From assembly GCA_032718475.1 (NCBI GenBank), contig JAUCBJ010001977.1, positions 70,305 through 134,304 on the forward strand: DNA of 64,000 bases. The letters run 5' to 3'. This document shows positions 14,801-29,800 of this stretch, piece after piece (the stretch's first letter is position 1; the number at the start of each line of letters is the position of its first letter). The position numbers and the translations under genes were made by a program. This DNA is from Nemertoderma westbladi. Lineage: Eukaryota; Animalia; Xenacoelomorpha. Under the pieces are notes generated by a model. It was not told the origin of the DNA. It did not search any database and was given only the letters and a program-made list of their open reading frames with translations.

Positions 14801-17800
14801 GATCTTTTTTAAAAAAAAGTGAAAAAAATCACATACATACATACTGTAGCTAATTGTTTATATTTTATTTTTGTATAAGTTCTAGAACATTAACATTATT
14901 CTAGAACGTTTTATAAAAAGTTAAAAATCATTCGCAAATATAGCTAGTTTTTGCTATTTAACGGTCAGAAAATGTTCCCTATTCTTAAACTAGAAACGCA
15001 ACGCAAGCGTTGCGGTAAGGAGCCCTTTTTACCGAGTTATGAAGACTCTGAAATTAGTATGGTTTTTTTATATATGTATGTTCAGTTTGTTTACCGTCGA
15101 TTGGATCAACATTTCGGAGAGCTGGAGTAGAATTATAACCCGACATCTAGTAGGTTCATCCAAATTAGGTTAAAAATGAGTAAAGGCTTCAAAACGATCC
15201 TATTAAAAACGATTCTTATTATTATATTAAAACGATTCTATTACAGACAGACGGACAGACAGGCGGTCATGATATTAGGCCCTATTACAGTACTAATTAA
15301 AATTGTGCACGAGTAGCTTCGCTGACTAATCGTGGCTCGTTACACAGTATATTAATTTAATACAACGTACGATGTTTCCCATAGTTCCATCGAACTTTTG
15401 TTATTGGGTTATTTAATACGCATGACCGACCATTCAGTTTGACAAAACATTAACTTTTGTTACATTATGTCAACGTAACAGCGTTCTGGTGAATTACTCG
15501 TAACGCTGCAAAGTACGTCAGTTGAGTTGAATGACTTGGTAAGACCATCAATAGCCCCATAACACGAAAATTGCCATCATAGACTCAATGATAGAAATAC
15601 CAGCTGGTGCGGATACGTCCAAACTACAGATAAGTATTTTACTTGCCAAGTTTTAGTAATAAAAGTTTTAGTTGTGTTTATACTCACTCACACTATCACA
15701 GACAGTAATCAAACATCAACTGTTTATAATGTATTACCCCGTCAGCGGAATCTCTTCCCAGTGAATCCTATAGGAATATCTACAATGTTATACACACTGC
15801 TATGTTATATGGTAGGCCAGCTGAGTATTATAAGCACAGGGCCGTTAATTAATTAATAGGGCTGCATTCAAATGGGTCAGGCCCGCCAATAATGCCCCTA
15901 AGCCAACTCTCTATGTATTCCTTTGCCACAGCAGTCAATGAATGTCTATATACATTTAATTTCGCGACAAAATAATATCAAAAAAACGAAATATATCGAA
16001 TACCACTCATAAAATCGATCTGAAATTTTGTAACGCGATTATGAACCACCAAAACAATGTACTTGCAAAATTTAATCAAAAAAGCTAGGCAGGAAGTGTA
16101 CGAAACTGCAATGGGGTAGACGACTCGGAAATTTTTTGGTATTTTGATATTTTTGGATGTCAAACCAAAAACAGCTATTATGAAAGGCAGAATAATGGTG
16201 ACACGGGCAACACTAGTACCAGTAACACTTTACAGTGAACTGCCAAAAAATCTAAATAATTTCCATCTAGTGCTAATCTACCCATCCCGCATTGTTCGCT
16301 GTAAAAACAATTAAAAAATAGATTAATGAAACGCCTGGCAGTATTTAGCTAGCTATATTTGTTCTTAGCTACAGCTCTACGGTACAGGTATGGGCGAAAT
16401 AAATATTATTCTAGAATAATTAACTTGATATAAATCAATTTGCCTCCATACCGCTATCCTATAATCGATTATTAAACACAACATAAATACACATCCAAAT
16501 AAATACTTAGCTACATTTATTATTTGTTTTATTTTAGATACTGCAATATTATACTTTATATTAGCCAATCAACTGCGCTTGACAACTGTTGCTGTGTTAT
16601 GGCTGACGTCACTCGTGCAGTTTTCTGAAACGGCCTGATTTTTCGGTGTTGCTAATTTTGCGTTTTAAAATTGCTATAACTCTGCCAATATTATTTTTTT
16701 TAAAGTAAAATTGCTCTCTGGGGTTTTTTCACATGCTCTTTCACATGAAACCAACGAAAACTCAAAAAACAATTTCCGAGTCGTCTACCCAATTCCGGTA
16801 TATGGATAGTCTATGGATGGATAGCTATGTATATCCCTCACTGACAATTTTTTCTGACAGTAACTATCCCTGCTCTTTGAGCGGACTCCTAAAAATATAG
16901 TCCCAGAACATTTTTTATTCTAGAATGTTCTTTATACATTTTACATTAGTTTGAAACAAACCAAGATTCCATTGAGACTCACCAGTATTCAAAACTATAA
17001 GCCCTAATAGGGTCGGTTGATATCTTTCGCTATGGAGAGCATTATCATATTGTCCTATTATATTATATATTTATTATAAAGTCCGATTTCAATATAAACT
17101 TACATGCGGTCCTATAACTGCTGCCATGTCCAATTATTTTCTTAATCTCCTCCTTATATCTCTTATTAGTCCAATTTGTACTGAAATTGTCACAATAAAG
17201 CCTATAACAAAAGGAAAACTTCATATGAAATTGATATTATTAATGTTCTATTTAGACTAGTATTAATGTACATGATCAAGCAATACTAAATGATAATAGG
17301 CCTAGGCCTATAATAGGTTGATGGCTGATATAGTTATGAGTAGATTGGCGTAGTTTGTAACAGCACCCAGAGTGAACAGTTGTGTTTCATACTCACCAGG
17401 GCGATATTAAAACAGTTCCCGGACCGTTAAATGCCTGGGTTACCAGACTGATAGAGTCGCTATCATTGGTCCCGAAATTATGTCCAGTTGCAAATAGGTA
17501 GGTGTTCTCCTCAGATATGTGGTTATCGGCTGGCCTTTGGGTGTCTAGATGGGGGACCCCAGCCACCAGAATGTATGGTGAAGGGGGCTCAGAGTTGGTT
17601 GTTAGACTATAACAGTACTTGTATCTCATCTTCCTTACATATATCTATAAACATTAAATGGTTCCGTATAATAATTATTGTCATTAAATGTTGTCTATAC
17701 TTACTAATTTGTACTAGAAACGGGCCTAGCGGCCCGTGAAGGAACCGCTTGGTCAACCAAATTCAACTAAAACTAAGTCGTTATTCAAGTCGAGATTTAT

Positions 17801-20800
17801 CGAGTTTCAGTTTCGGCCAATCAGAGGGTCCCAATCTTAAACCACCGGTCTAACAGGGTCGTGACCCAATCAGGGTGTTGAGACTAAGGTGGGGGATGTT
17901 CCTAGCGAGTATGGACGAGTTTTGTCAATTCTAGTCGAGATTTATCGAGTTTCAGTTTCGGCCAATCAGAGCGTCGCAATCTTAGACCCCCGGTCCAACC
18001 GGGTCGTGACCCAATCAGGGTGTTGAGACTAAGGTGGGGGATGTTCCTAGCGAGTATGGACGAGTTTTGTCAATTCTAGTCGAGATTTATCGAGTTTCAG
18101 TTTCGGCCAATCAGAGCGTCGCAATCTTAGACCCCCGGTCCAACCGGGTCGTGGCCCAACCAGGGTGTGAGACTAAGGTGGGGGATGTTCCTAGCGAGTA
18201 TGGACGAGTTTTGTCAATTCTAGTCAAGATTTATCGAGTTTCAGTTTCGGCCAATCAGGGCGTCGCAATCTTAGACCCCCGGCCCAACCGGGTCGTGGCC
18301 CAACCAGGGTGTGAGACTAAGGTGGGGGATCTTCCTAGCGAGTATGGACGAGTTTTGTCAATTCTAGTCGAGATTTATCGAGTTTCAGTTTCGGCCAATC
18401 AGAGCGTCGCAATCTTAGACCCCCGGTCCAACCGGGTCGTGGCCCAACCAGGGTGTGAGACTAAGGTGGGGGATGTTCCTAGCGAGTATGGACGAGTTTT
18501 GTCAATTCTAGTCGAGATTTATCGAGTTTCAGTTTCGGCCAATCAGAGCGTCGCAATCTTAGACCCCCGGTCCAACCGGGTCGTGGCCCAACCAGGGTGT
18601 GAGACTAAGGTGGGGGATGTTCCTAGCGAGTATGGACGAGTTTTGTCAATTCTAGTCGAGATTTATCGAGTTTCAGTTTCGGCCAATCACAGCGTCCCAT
18701 TCGTAGACCCCATGCCCCTTGGGTCTGAAAATTTGTGAGTGTCCTTACATTTGGCCTATGTATCTATTCATCTATCTATTCTATGTATCTATGTACCCTC
18801 CTTACAGAAAGTAACCTGGCGGTTCCAAAATAACTAACTGGAAACATACTAACTGGATCTTGGTAGGGAAGTGTTAACCAATGGTCTGCATGGAAGCAAC
18901 CATTCTCTGCAACGTGTTCCACCATATTCTCAACATTCTTAGCTTTCACGCTACTCGATATATTATTCTCCCCATCGGCATTGTCCAAGTATTCAAGGTC
19001 GAAAACATCAACGTGGTAAGGATCGGTAACGAATCCAAGCTGAGCATAATAAATACGATGGTTGTAACATTTTTACCATACCATAATACCATAATAAGGC
19101 TCAAAACCCAAGAAAGTGGCCAAAACAATAATTATAAAAAAGTACCGGTACCCAATCAAAATATAGAAAACTATATATTTTTTCTAAGGAGATTTTTGGA
19201 ATATAATTTAAAGTGAATCCCACTGACTGTAAAGCCAAGTAATTCATACTATATTGATAAATTAAATACATGGAGTTAATTGGGCTTTATAGACTTCAAA
19301 TAGGGGATGTCCCGGAATCGATATTTTGATTCCGCCCGGAACCGGAACCGGAATTCAACATGCCGTAATTTTATATATAATTAGTTTAATACACTAAATT
19401 ACCCATGAAACTTTATAATTTTTTTTGCAAAATTATATAAATTTTTTATAATTCTAAATTTACTAATGAAATCAATCAACCTTGGGGGGATTTTGGTGAT
19501 GGGTGTAGTGGAGTGTGGCCTGTCCCGGAAGCAGGATAAATTTATTACGGGGCGGTACTTAGACCTTAGTTTAACCCTATCTGGCCAGGTCTATTTTTGC
19601 CAATTAACTGGCCCTCTAGGGGGTTGTCATTTTGGAAATATTTTATATCTTGGCTGAAAAGTTACAATTTCGATGTTATAAGAGTTTTCGAGGTCTCTGA
19701 TCACGATTGAACTTGTGAAAATATTTTACGGTAACCATCAAATTTTTATCAATTTGTGCTACTTTTATTTTTCGTGCCAAATTGGAAATTTTTTAAGAAT
19801 AAAAAGTACCATAATCAATCGGAAAATAAATTTTTTAGTGTCATATACGAATTCAGGTAGCAGAAATAAAACCCATAAGGCCATAAAATCAGGTTGATTT
19901 GTTAATGATATATAATTATAAAAAGTTCTACTTGTATTTTTCGAGCCACTTTGGCGCATGTTCAAAAATGCCACACTGAATCGGATACGATATGATATGA
20001 TATGAGTGCCATATTCATCAGCATTCTGGAAAACTCCTAATGTCAAAAAATTAGTTGATTTGGTGGTGATTTTTCATTATCATATTCGCACAACTTGTTT
20101 TTTTCGTGCCCCGGGGGCACATTTAACATTTCTATGAACTTTCTTGAATGTTATATTCGAGTTCATTAATCGTGATCAGCATCTAAAAAACCGAGCCATA
20201 TACCGCAAATAAATTAATTTTAGCGAGCCATTAAAACTTACAAAATGTTCGCACGAAAAATATTGGAGATGGGTATTGAGGATGGTACCACAGCACAAAA
20301 TCTAACATATAGAGAGCTATGTTTTTGGTGTTTGCACTGGTGGATATCCCATTAAATTTTAGGCCCACCAAACCTGGCTCAAAGATATAGATGAATTACA
20401 AGTAAATTTATAAAATGACCAGACTACCCCCCTGGCCAAATATGATTAAACGTAAACGACAGGGAATTCAATTTAATTGGTTTCCAAAATCCTAACGTAA
20501 GTATCATAAAGGACCCCCTTGAAAATAAGCTGCAAAGATTTGGCGATATACCTATGTTATGTTGGACAATACATATTATACATATAATATTGTTATTGTT
20601 TTTACTTAATGTATACATAATGTGTGATAATACTTTCACAAACTAATTGCAACTACCAAACTAGATAGCAACCTGATAATTCCGGTAAAATTCCGGCCGG
20701 AATTGACCCCATTCCGGCAATTCCGGCCGGAACCGGAATCGGACAAAAACCGCCGGAATTCCGGCAGGAACGGAATTCCGGGACATCCTACTTCAAATAT

Positions 20801-23800
20801 ATTTTTGGTTTAATATTAGTACGAACAAGTCCGTATCAACGATACGTTTGGAAGTTCTTCACGGTTTTTGATGACATTTGTTTTATCTTTTACTTCAATG
20901 ATTATAGATTAATATTAAATCAATATTTTTTGAGATCATCTACACACCTCAGCGGTAGTGCGTTGATTAGGCTTAAAAATTGTACCGCTTAAAAATTCAG
21001 TGACGGACCAATTCTGTTGACGCACTAGTTAACCAAACACCCCAAATTGGAAATATCACAAAAAAATATTTAAAAACACGTTAACAATTTTCCAAAAACT
21101 TTGTATTTTGAAACGACCTGCAGACTGAAGTATAAAAAGGTTACATAAATGAGGTAATGGTATAATGAATTATCAAATATGATTTGAAGTTGAACAACCA
21201 AATATGGTGAAAATTTACAATAGTAAACCAAAATATTATCGAAATTTATGCGAGCATTTAACAATGCAGTTTTATAGAACCTGTAACAAGGACATCATCC
21301 GCTCAGCGCTCAATACATATCAGCTTGGAGAATGAAGTTATGCACAATTAGTGGTATTTAAAACAGCTTCATACGACGATGTGTGTAAAAGGTGTCAAAA
21401 ACAGTAGAAGAGCAATAGTGACAATTGTAAATGCAGTGCATTAAGTGCCGTGGTGCACACACATTAAGGCCCGTTTTAGAATTAGTTACACATATGTACA
21501 CATGCTAGCAGCTGTTGAACGTAAATAATTTATTGTCCCTGAGTCGAAATCGCTGGTGCAGCAAAGTTTACATGTTGGTACACCTGGGTTGGGTACGCCA
21601 TAGTGACGGCTGGTGCAGCTAAGTTTACATGTGGGTACACCTGGGTTGGGTACGCCATAGTGACGGCTGCTGCAGCTAAGTTTACATGTTGGTACACCTG
21701 GGTTGGGTACGCTGTAGTGACGGCTGGTGCAGCTAAGTTTATGTGGGTACACCTGGGTTGGGTACGCTGTATAGTGACGGCTGGTGCAGCTAAGTTTACA
21801 TGTTGGTACACCTGGGTTGGGTACGCTGTAGTGACGCCTGGTGCAGCTAAGTCTACATGTGGGTACACCTGGGTTGGGTACGCGGTAGTGACGGCTGGTG
21901 CAGCTAAGTTTACATGTGGGTACACCTGGGTTGGGTACGCCATAGTGACGGCTGCTGCAGCTAAGTTTACATGTTGGTACACCTGGGTTGGGTACGCTGT
22001 AGTGACGGCTGGTGCAGCTAAGTTTATGTGGGTACACCTGGGTTGGGTACGCTGTAGTGACGGCTGGTGCAGCTAAGTTTACATGTTGGTACACCTGGGT
22101 TGGGTACGCTGTAGTGACGGCTGGTGCAGCTAAGTTTACATGTTGGTACACCTGGGTTGGGTACGCGGTAGTGACGGCTGGTGCAGCTAAGTTTACATGT
22201 TGGTACACCTGGGTTGGGTACGCGGTAGTGACGGCTGGTGCAGCTAAGTTTATGTGGGTACACCTGGGTTGGGTACGCTGTAGTGACGCCTGGTGCAGCT
22301 AAGTCTACATGTGGGTACACCTGGGTTGGGTACGCTGTAGTGACGGCTGGGGCAGCTAAGTCTACATGTGGGTACACCTGGGTTGGGTACGCGGTAGTGA
22401 CGGCTGGTGCAGCTAAGTCTACATGTGGGTACACCTGGGTTGGGTACGCTATAGTGACGGCTGGGGCAGCTAAGTCTACATGTGGGTACACCTGGGTTGG
22501 GTACGCGGTAGTGACGGCTGGTGCAGCTAAGTCTACATGTGGGTACACCTGGGTTGGGTACGCGGTAGTGACGGCTGGTGCAGCTAAGTTTATGTGGGTA
22601 CACCTGGGTTGGGTACGCGGTAGTGACGGCTGCTGCAGCTAAGTTTACATGTTGGTACACCTGGGTTGGGTACGCTGTAGTGACGGCTGGTGCAGCTAAG
22701 TTTATGTGGGTACACCTGGGTTGGGTACGCTGTATAGTGACGGCTGGTGCAGCTAAGTTTACATGTTGGTACACCTGGGTTGGGTACGCTGTAGTGACGG
22801 CTGGTGCAGCTAAGTTTACATGTTGGTACACCTGGGTTGGGTACGCGGTAGTGACGGCTGGTGCAGCTAAGTTTACATGTTGGTACACCTGGGTTGGGTA
22901 CGCGGTAGTGACGGCTGGTGCAGCTAAGTTTATGTGGGTACACCTGGGTTGGGTACGCTGTAGTGACGCCTGGTGCAGCTAAGTCTACATGTGGGTACAC
23001 CTGGGTTGGGTACGCGGTAGTGACGGCTGGTGCAGCTAAGTCTACATGTGGGTACACCTGGGTTGGGTACGCGGTAGTGACGGCTGGTGCAGCTAAGTTT
23101 ATGTGGGTACACCTGGGTTGGGTACGCGGTAGTGACGGCTGGTGCAGCTAAGTTTACATGTTGGTACACCTGGGTTGGGTACGCGGTAGTGACGGCTGGT
23201 GCAGCTAAGTTTATGTGGGTACACCTGGGTTGGGTACGCGGTAGTGACGGCTGGTGCAGCTAAGTCTACATGTTGGTACACCTGGGTTGGGTACGCTATA
23301 GTGACGGCTGGTGGAGCTAAGTTTACATGTGGGTACACCTGGGTTGGGTACGCGGTAGTGACGGCTGGTGCAGCTAAGTTTACATGTTGGTACACCTGGG
23401 TTGGGTACGCTATAGTGACGGCTGGTGGAGCTAAGTTTACATGTGGGTACACCTGGGTTGGGTCGCTATAGTGACGGCTGGTGCAGCTAATTTAAAAACG
23501 GGCCTTTGGGCAGCTCAACAAAGTCCGAAACAATCAATAGATCGTTTGAGAAAAGCGAAATAAGAATATTTAATAGGAAAATGTTGCCATTAAATAGGAA
23601 GTCGCTGTTAGCGCGTCTGTTGCTATAGGTATATTGAAAACAGTTTTATAAAATATATAAATAACAGCCAATAGGAATATGGAAACAAATAGCTCATGCT
23701 AGGTCAATAGTTGTAACCAAGGACCCATCCACACTGATTGGCTAAAGAGGACCGACCATGCAAGTAACGGCGTACTTACACGACCCATTCTCAAGAGTTT

Positions 23801-26800
23801 AGCGAAGATTTCTATCAGATTCTATTTAAATAAAGTTACAATTACTGAAGCAAACCGCACAATTATAGGAAAATTACCGGTAGTTTTTCTAAAATGATCG
23901 GGTACGTATATGCAGGTAATGGCGCGATATACTAACTCTGGGTCCGATATACTAATTCTGTGTACGATATACTAACTCTGGGTCCGATATACTAACTCTG
24001 GGTACGATATACTAACTCTGGGTCCGATATACTAACTCTGGGTCCGATATACTAACTCTGGGTCCGATATACTAACTCTGGGTACGATATACTAACTCTG
24101 GGTCCGATATACTAACTCTGTGTACGATATACTAACTCTGGGTCCGATATACTAACTCTGGGTACGATATACTAACTCTGGGTACGATATACTAACTCTG
24201 GGTCCGATATACTAACTCTGGGTCCGATATACTAACTCTGGGTCCGATATACTAACTCTGGGTCCGATATACTAACTCTGGGTACGATATACTAACTCTG
24301 GGTCCGATATACTAACTCTGGGTCCGATATACTAACTCTGGGTACGATATACTAACTCTGGGTCCGATATACTAACTCTGGGTCCGATATACTAACTCTG
24401 TGTACGATATACTAACTCTGGGTCCGATACACTAACTATGGGTCCGATATACTAACTCTGGGTCCGATATACTAACTCTGGGTCCGATATACTAACTCTG
24501 GGTCCGATATACTAACTCTGGGTCCGATATACTAACTCTGGGTACGATATACTAACTCTGGGTCCGATATACTAACTCTGGGTCCGATATACTAACTCTG
24601 GGTACGATATACTAACTCTGGGTCCGATATACTAACTCTGGGTCCGATATACTAACTCTGTGTACGATATACTAACTCTGGGTCCGATATACTAACTCTG
24701 GATCCGATATACTAACTCTGGGTCCGATACACTAACTCTGGGTCCGATACACTAACTATGGGTCCGATATACTAACTCTGGGTCCGATATACTAACTGTG
24801 GGTCCGATATACTAACTCTGGGTCCGATATACTAACTATGGGTCCGATATACTAACTCTGGGTACGATATACTAACTCTGGGTCCGATATACTAACTCTG
24901 GGTCCGATATACTAACTCTGTGTACGATATACTAACTCTGGGTCCGATATACTAACTCTGGGTCCGATATACTAACTCTGGGTCCGATATACTAACTCTG
25001 GGTCCGATATACTAACTCTGTGTACGATATACTAACTCTGGGTCCGATACACTAACTCTGGGTCCGATACACTAACTATGGGGCCGATATACCTGCACTT
25101 TCATTATATGGGATTCCTGATGAAATTATTGCAGCAATCAGATCAGTATATGATGGTTCGACAACATTTGTGTCTACTGTTGACGGTGACACAGAACCAT
25201 TTGAAGTGTTATGGGGCGTCCTCCAAGGAGACACACTTGCACCATTCTTGTTCATTATTGTGGTTGACTATGTTCTACGCATGTCCTTAGATCATTATAA
25301 TGATGATGGGGTGATGATAACTCCACCTACTGGCTCCAGAAGTCGAGGAAATCCTGCCAAGTACCTAACTGATCTAGACTTTGCTGATGACTTAGGAGTA
25401 CTCTCAGAATCATTAGAGGGAGCCCAACGGCTCCTCAGCTCATTAGAACATGCTGCTTCTAGTGTTGGTCTTTTTATTAACTCCAAAAAGACCAAAATTC
25501 TGACAGTTAACTTTGAAAGTCCTCAGCAAGTCTCTGATCGGATGAGCATAAGCTCAAAGGATGGTATGCTTGAGCATGTGGACGACTTCTGTTACCTGGG
25601 ATCATGGATCCGGAAGTCAGGTGAGGACCTTCGAATACGTAAGGGAAAGGCATGGGCAGCCTTGAATAGGCTTTCCAGGATTTGGAAGTCACCGAGAATT
25701 AATCGGAAACTTAAGGTCCGATTATTTAGAGCAGCAGTAGTTCCAGTACTCCTCTACGGGAGTCCATGCTGGGCTCTAACTGCTGAGGACACCAAATCTC
25801 TGGATGGCACATTCACAAGAATGCTACGCCGGGTTCATTGTGTCAAGTACAATGCACACATCTCCAACCAGACACTATATAACATTGGAGGTGTCTCATT
25901 GGTTCCCCCAAGCTTGACACTAGAACAAAATCGCCTCCGCTTTGCAGGACATTGCTTTCGCCGTGAGGACCAGCCAGTGCATAATCTTGTACTTTGGCAG
26001 CCTCATGGAGTGAATAAGCATGGCGGACAGCCCATGACTTTCTTGAGACGCATCTTAAAGGACACTGGCCTTAAAGATGCGGACGATCTAGCAAATGTCA
26101 TGGGTGATAGGGAGTTGTGGCGGTGCAATTTTGTTGACAAGCCGGCACAGCATTCTTAAAAATGCAGCTGCAATGCAGCATGCCGATCCTAGTAGTAGTA
26201 GTAGTAGTAGTCCGATATACTAACTCTGTGTACGATATACTAACTCTGGGTCCGATATACTAACTGTGGGTCCGATATACTAACTCTGGGTCCGATATAC
26301 TAACTCTGTGTACGATATACTAACTCTGGGTCCGATATACTAACTCTGGGTCCGATATACTAACTCTGGGGGTACGATACACTAACTATGGGTCCGATAC
26401 ACTAACTATGGGTCCGATATACTAACTCTGTGTACGATATACTAACTCTGGGTCCGATATACTAACTCTGGGTCCGATATACTAACTCTGGGTAAGATAT
26501 ACTAACTCTGGATCCGATATACTAATTCTGGGTCCGATAAACTAACTCTGGGTCCGATATACTAACTCTGGGTCCGATATACTAACTCTGGGTCCGATAT
26601 ACTACCTCTGGGTCCGATACACTAACTATGGGTCCGATACACTAACTCTGGGTCCGATATACTAACTCTGTGTACGATATACTAACTCTGGGTAAGATAT
26701 ACTAACTCTGGATCCGATATACTAATTCTGGGTCCGATACACTAACTCTGGGTCCGATACACTAACTATGGGTCCGATATACTAACTCTGTGTACGATAT

Positions 26801-29800
26801 ACTAACTCTGGGTCCGATACACTAACTATGGGTCCGATATACTAACTGTGGGTCCGATATACTAACTCTGGGTCCGATTTACTAACTCTGGGGGTACGAT
26901 ACACTAACTATGGGTCCGATACACTAACTATGGGTCCGATATACTAACTCTGTGTACGATATACTAACTCTGGGTCCGATATACTAACTCTGGGTCCGAT
27001 ATACTAACTCTGGGTAAGATATACTAACTCTGGATCCGATATACTAATTCTGGGTCCGATAAACTAACTCTGGGTCCGATATACTAACTCTGGGTCCGAT
27101 ATACTAACTCTGGGTCCGATATACTACCTCTGGGTCCGATACACTAACTATGGGTCCGATACACTAACTCTGGGTCCGATATACTAACTCTGTGTACGAT
27201 ATACTAACTCTGGGTAAGATATACTAACTCTGGATCCGATATACTAATTCTGGGTCCGATAAACTAACTCTGGGTCCGATATACTAACTCTGGGTCCGAT
27301 ATACTAACTCTGGGTCCGATTTACTAACTCTGGGGGTACGATACACTAACTATGGGTCCGATACACTAACTATGGGTCCGATATACTAACTCTGTGTACG
27401 ATATACTAACTCTGGGTCCGATATACTAACTCTGGGTCCGATATACTAACTCTGGGTAAGATATACTAACTCTGGATCCGATATACTAATTCTGGGTCCG
27501 ATAAACTAACTCTGGGTCCGATATACTAACTCTGGGTCCGATATACTAACTCTGTGTACGATATACTAACTCTGGGTCCGATATACTAACTCTGGGTCCG
27601 ATATACTAACTTTGGGTCCGATATACTAACTCTGGGTAAGATATACTAACTCTGTGTCCGATATACTAACTCTGGGTTCGATATACTAACTCTGGGTCCG
27701 ATATACTAACTCTGGGTCCGATATACTAACTCTGGGTCCGATACACTAACTATGGGTCCGATATACTAACTGTGGGTCCGATATACTAACTCTGGATCCG
27801 ATATACTAATTCTGGGTCCGATATACTAACTCTGGATCCGATATACTAACTCTGGGTCCGATATACTAACTCTGGGTCCGATATACTAACTCTGGGTCCG
27901 ATACACTAACTATGGGTCCGATATACTAACTCTGTGTACGATATACTAACTCTGGATACGATATACTAACTCTGGGTCCGATATACTAACTCTGAATCCG
28001 ATATACTAACTCTGGGTCCGATATACTAACTGTGGGTCCGATATACTAACTTTGGGTCCGATACACTAACTGTGGGTCCGATATACTAACTCTGTGTACG
28101 ATATACTAACTCTGGATACGATATACTAACTCTGGGTCCGATATACTAACTCTGAATCCGATATACTAACTCTGGGTCCGATATACTAACTGTGGGTCCG
28201 ATATACTAACTCTGGGTCCGATATACTACCTCTGGGACCGATATACTAACTCTGGGTCCGTTATACTAACTCTGGGTCCGTTATACTAACTCTGGGTCCG
28301 TTATACTAACTCTGGGTCCGTTATACTAATTCTGGGTCCGACATACTAACTCTGGATCCGATATACTAACTCTGGGTCCGATGTACTAACTCTGGGTCCG
28401 ATATACTAACTGTGGGTCCGATATACTAACTCTGGGTCCGATATACTAACTCTGGGTCCGATATACTAACTCTGGGTCCGATATACTAACTCTGGGTCCG
28501 ATATACTAACTTTGGGTCCGATATACTAACTCTGGGTCCGATATACTAACTGTGGGTCCGATATACTAACTGTGGGTCCGATATACTAACTCTGGGTCCG
28601 ATATACTAACTCTGTGTCCGATGTACTAACTCTGGGTCCGATATACTAACTATGGGTCCGATATACTAACTCTGGGTACGATATACTAACTCTGGGTCCG
28701 ATATACTAACTCTGTGTACGATATACTAACTCTGGGTCCGATATACTAACTCTGGGTCCGATACACTAACTCTGGGTCCGATACACTAACTATGGGTCCG
28801 ATATACTAACTCTGTGTACGATATACTAACTCTGGGTCCGATACACTAACTATGGGTCCGATATACTAACTGTGGGTCCGATATACTAACTCTGGGTCCG
28901 ATATACTAACTCTGGGTCCGATATACTAACTCTGGGTACGATATACTAACTCTGGATCCGATATACTAACTCTGGGTCCGATTTACTAACTCTGGGGGTA
29001 CGATACACTAACTATGGGTCCGATACACTATGGGTCCGATACACTAACTATGGGTCCGATATACTAACTCTGGGTCCGATACACTAACTCTGGGTCCGAT
29101 ACACTAACTATGGGTCCGATATACTAACTCTGTGTACGATATACTAACTCTGGGTCCGATACACTAACTCTGGGTCCGATATACTAACTCTGGGTCCGAT
29201 ATACTAACTCTGGGTACGATATACTAACTCTGGATCCGATATACTAACTCTGGGTCCGATTTACTAACTCTGGGGGTACGATACACTAACTATGGGTCCG
29301 ATACACTAACTATGGGTCCGATATACTAACTCTGTGTACGATATACTAACTCTGGGTCCGATATACTAACTCTGGGTCCGATATACTAACTCTGGGTCCG
29401 ATATACTAACTCTGGATCCGATATACTAACTGTGGGTCCGATATACTAACTCTGTGTACGATATACTAACTCTGGGTCCGATACACTAACTCTGAGTCCG
29501 ATACACTAACTATGGGTCCGATATACTAACTCTGTGTACGATATACTAACTATGGGTCCGATACACTAACTCTGAGTCCGATACACTAACTATGGGTCCG
29601 ATATACTAACTCTGTGTACGATATACTAACTCTGGGTCCGATACACTAACTCTGGGTCCGATATACTAACTCTGGGTCCGATATACTAACTGTGGGTCCG
29701 ATATACTAACTCTGTGTACGATATACTAACTCTGGGTCCGATACACTAACTCTGAGTCCGATACACTAACTATGGGTCCGATATACTAACTCTGTGTACG

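Noticed and set aside
10643-16568. Three short ORFs repeated three times
   Set aside because: By-products of the triplication, with non-ATG starts, AT-rich sequence and no motifs.
18034-18738. 234-aa ORF of 48-aa repeats
   Set aside because: Central tandem repeats of a Helentron-type element; the first units are 145 bp and break the frame.
21486-23471. Cluster of overlapping repeat ORFs (also 32535-35011 and 43291-43977)
   Set aside because: Satellite translations with frequent frame changes.
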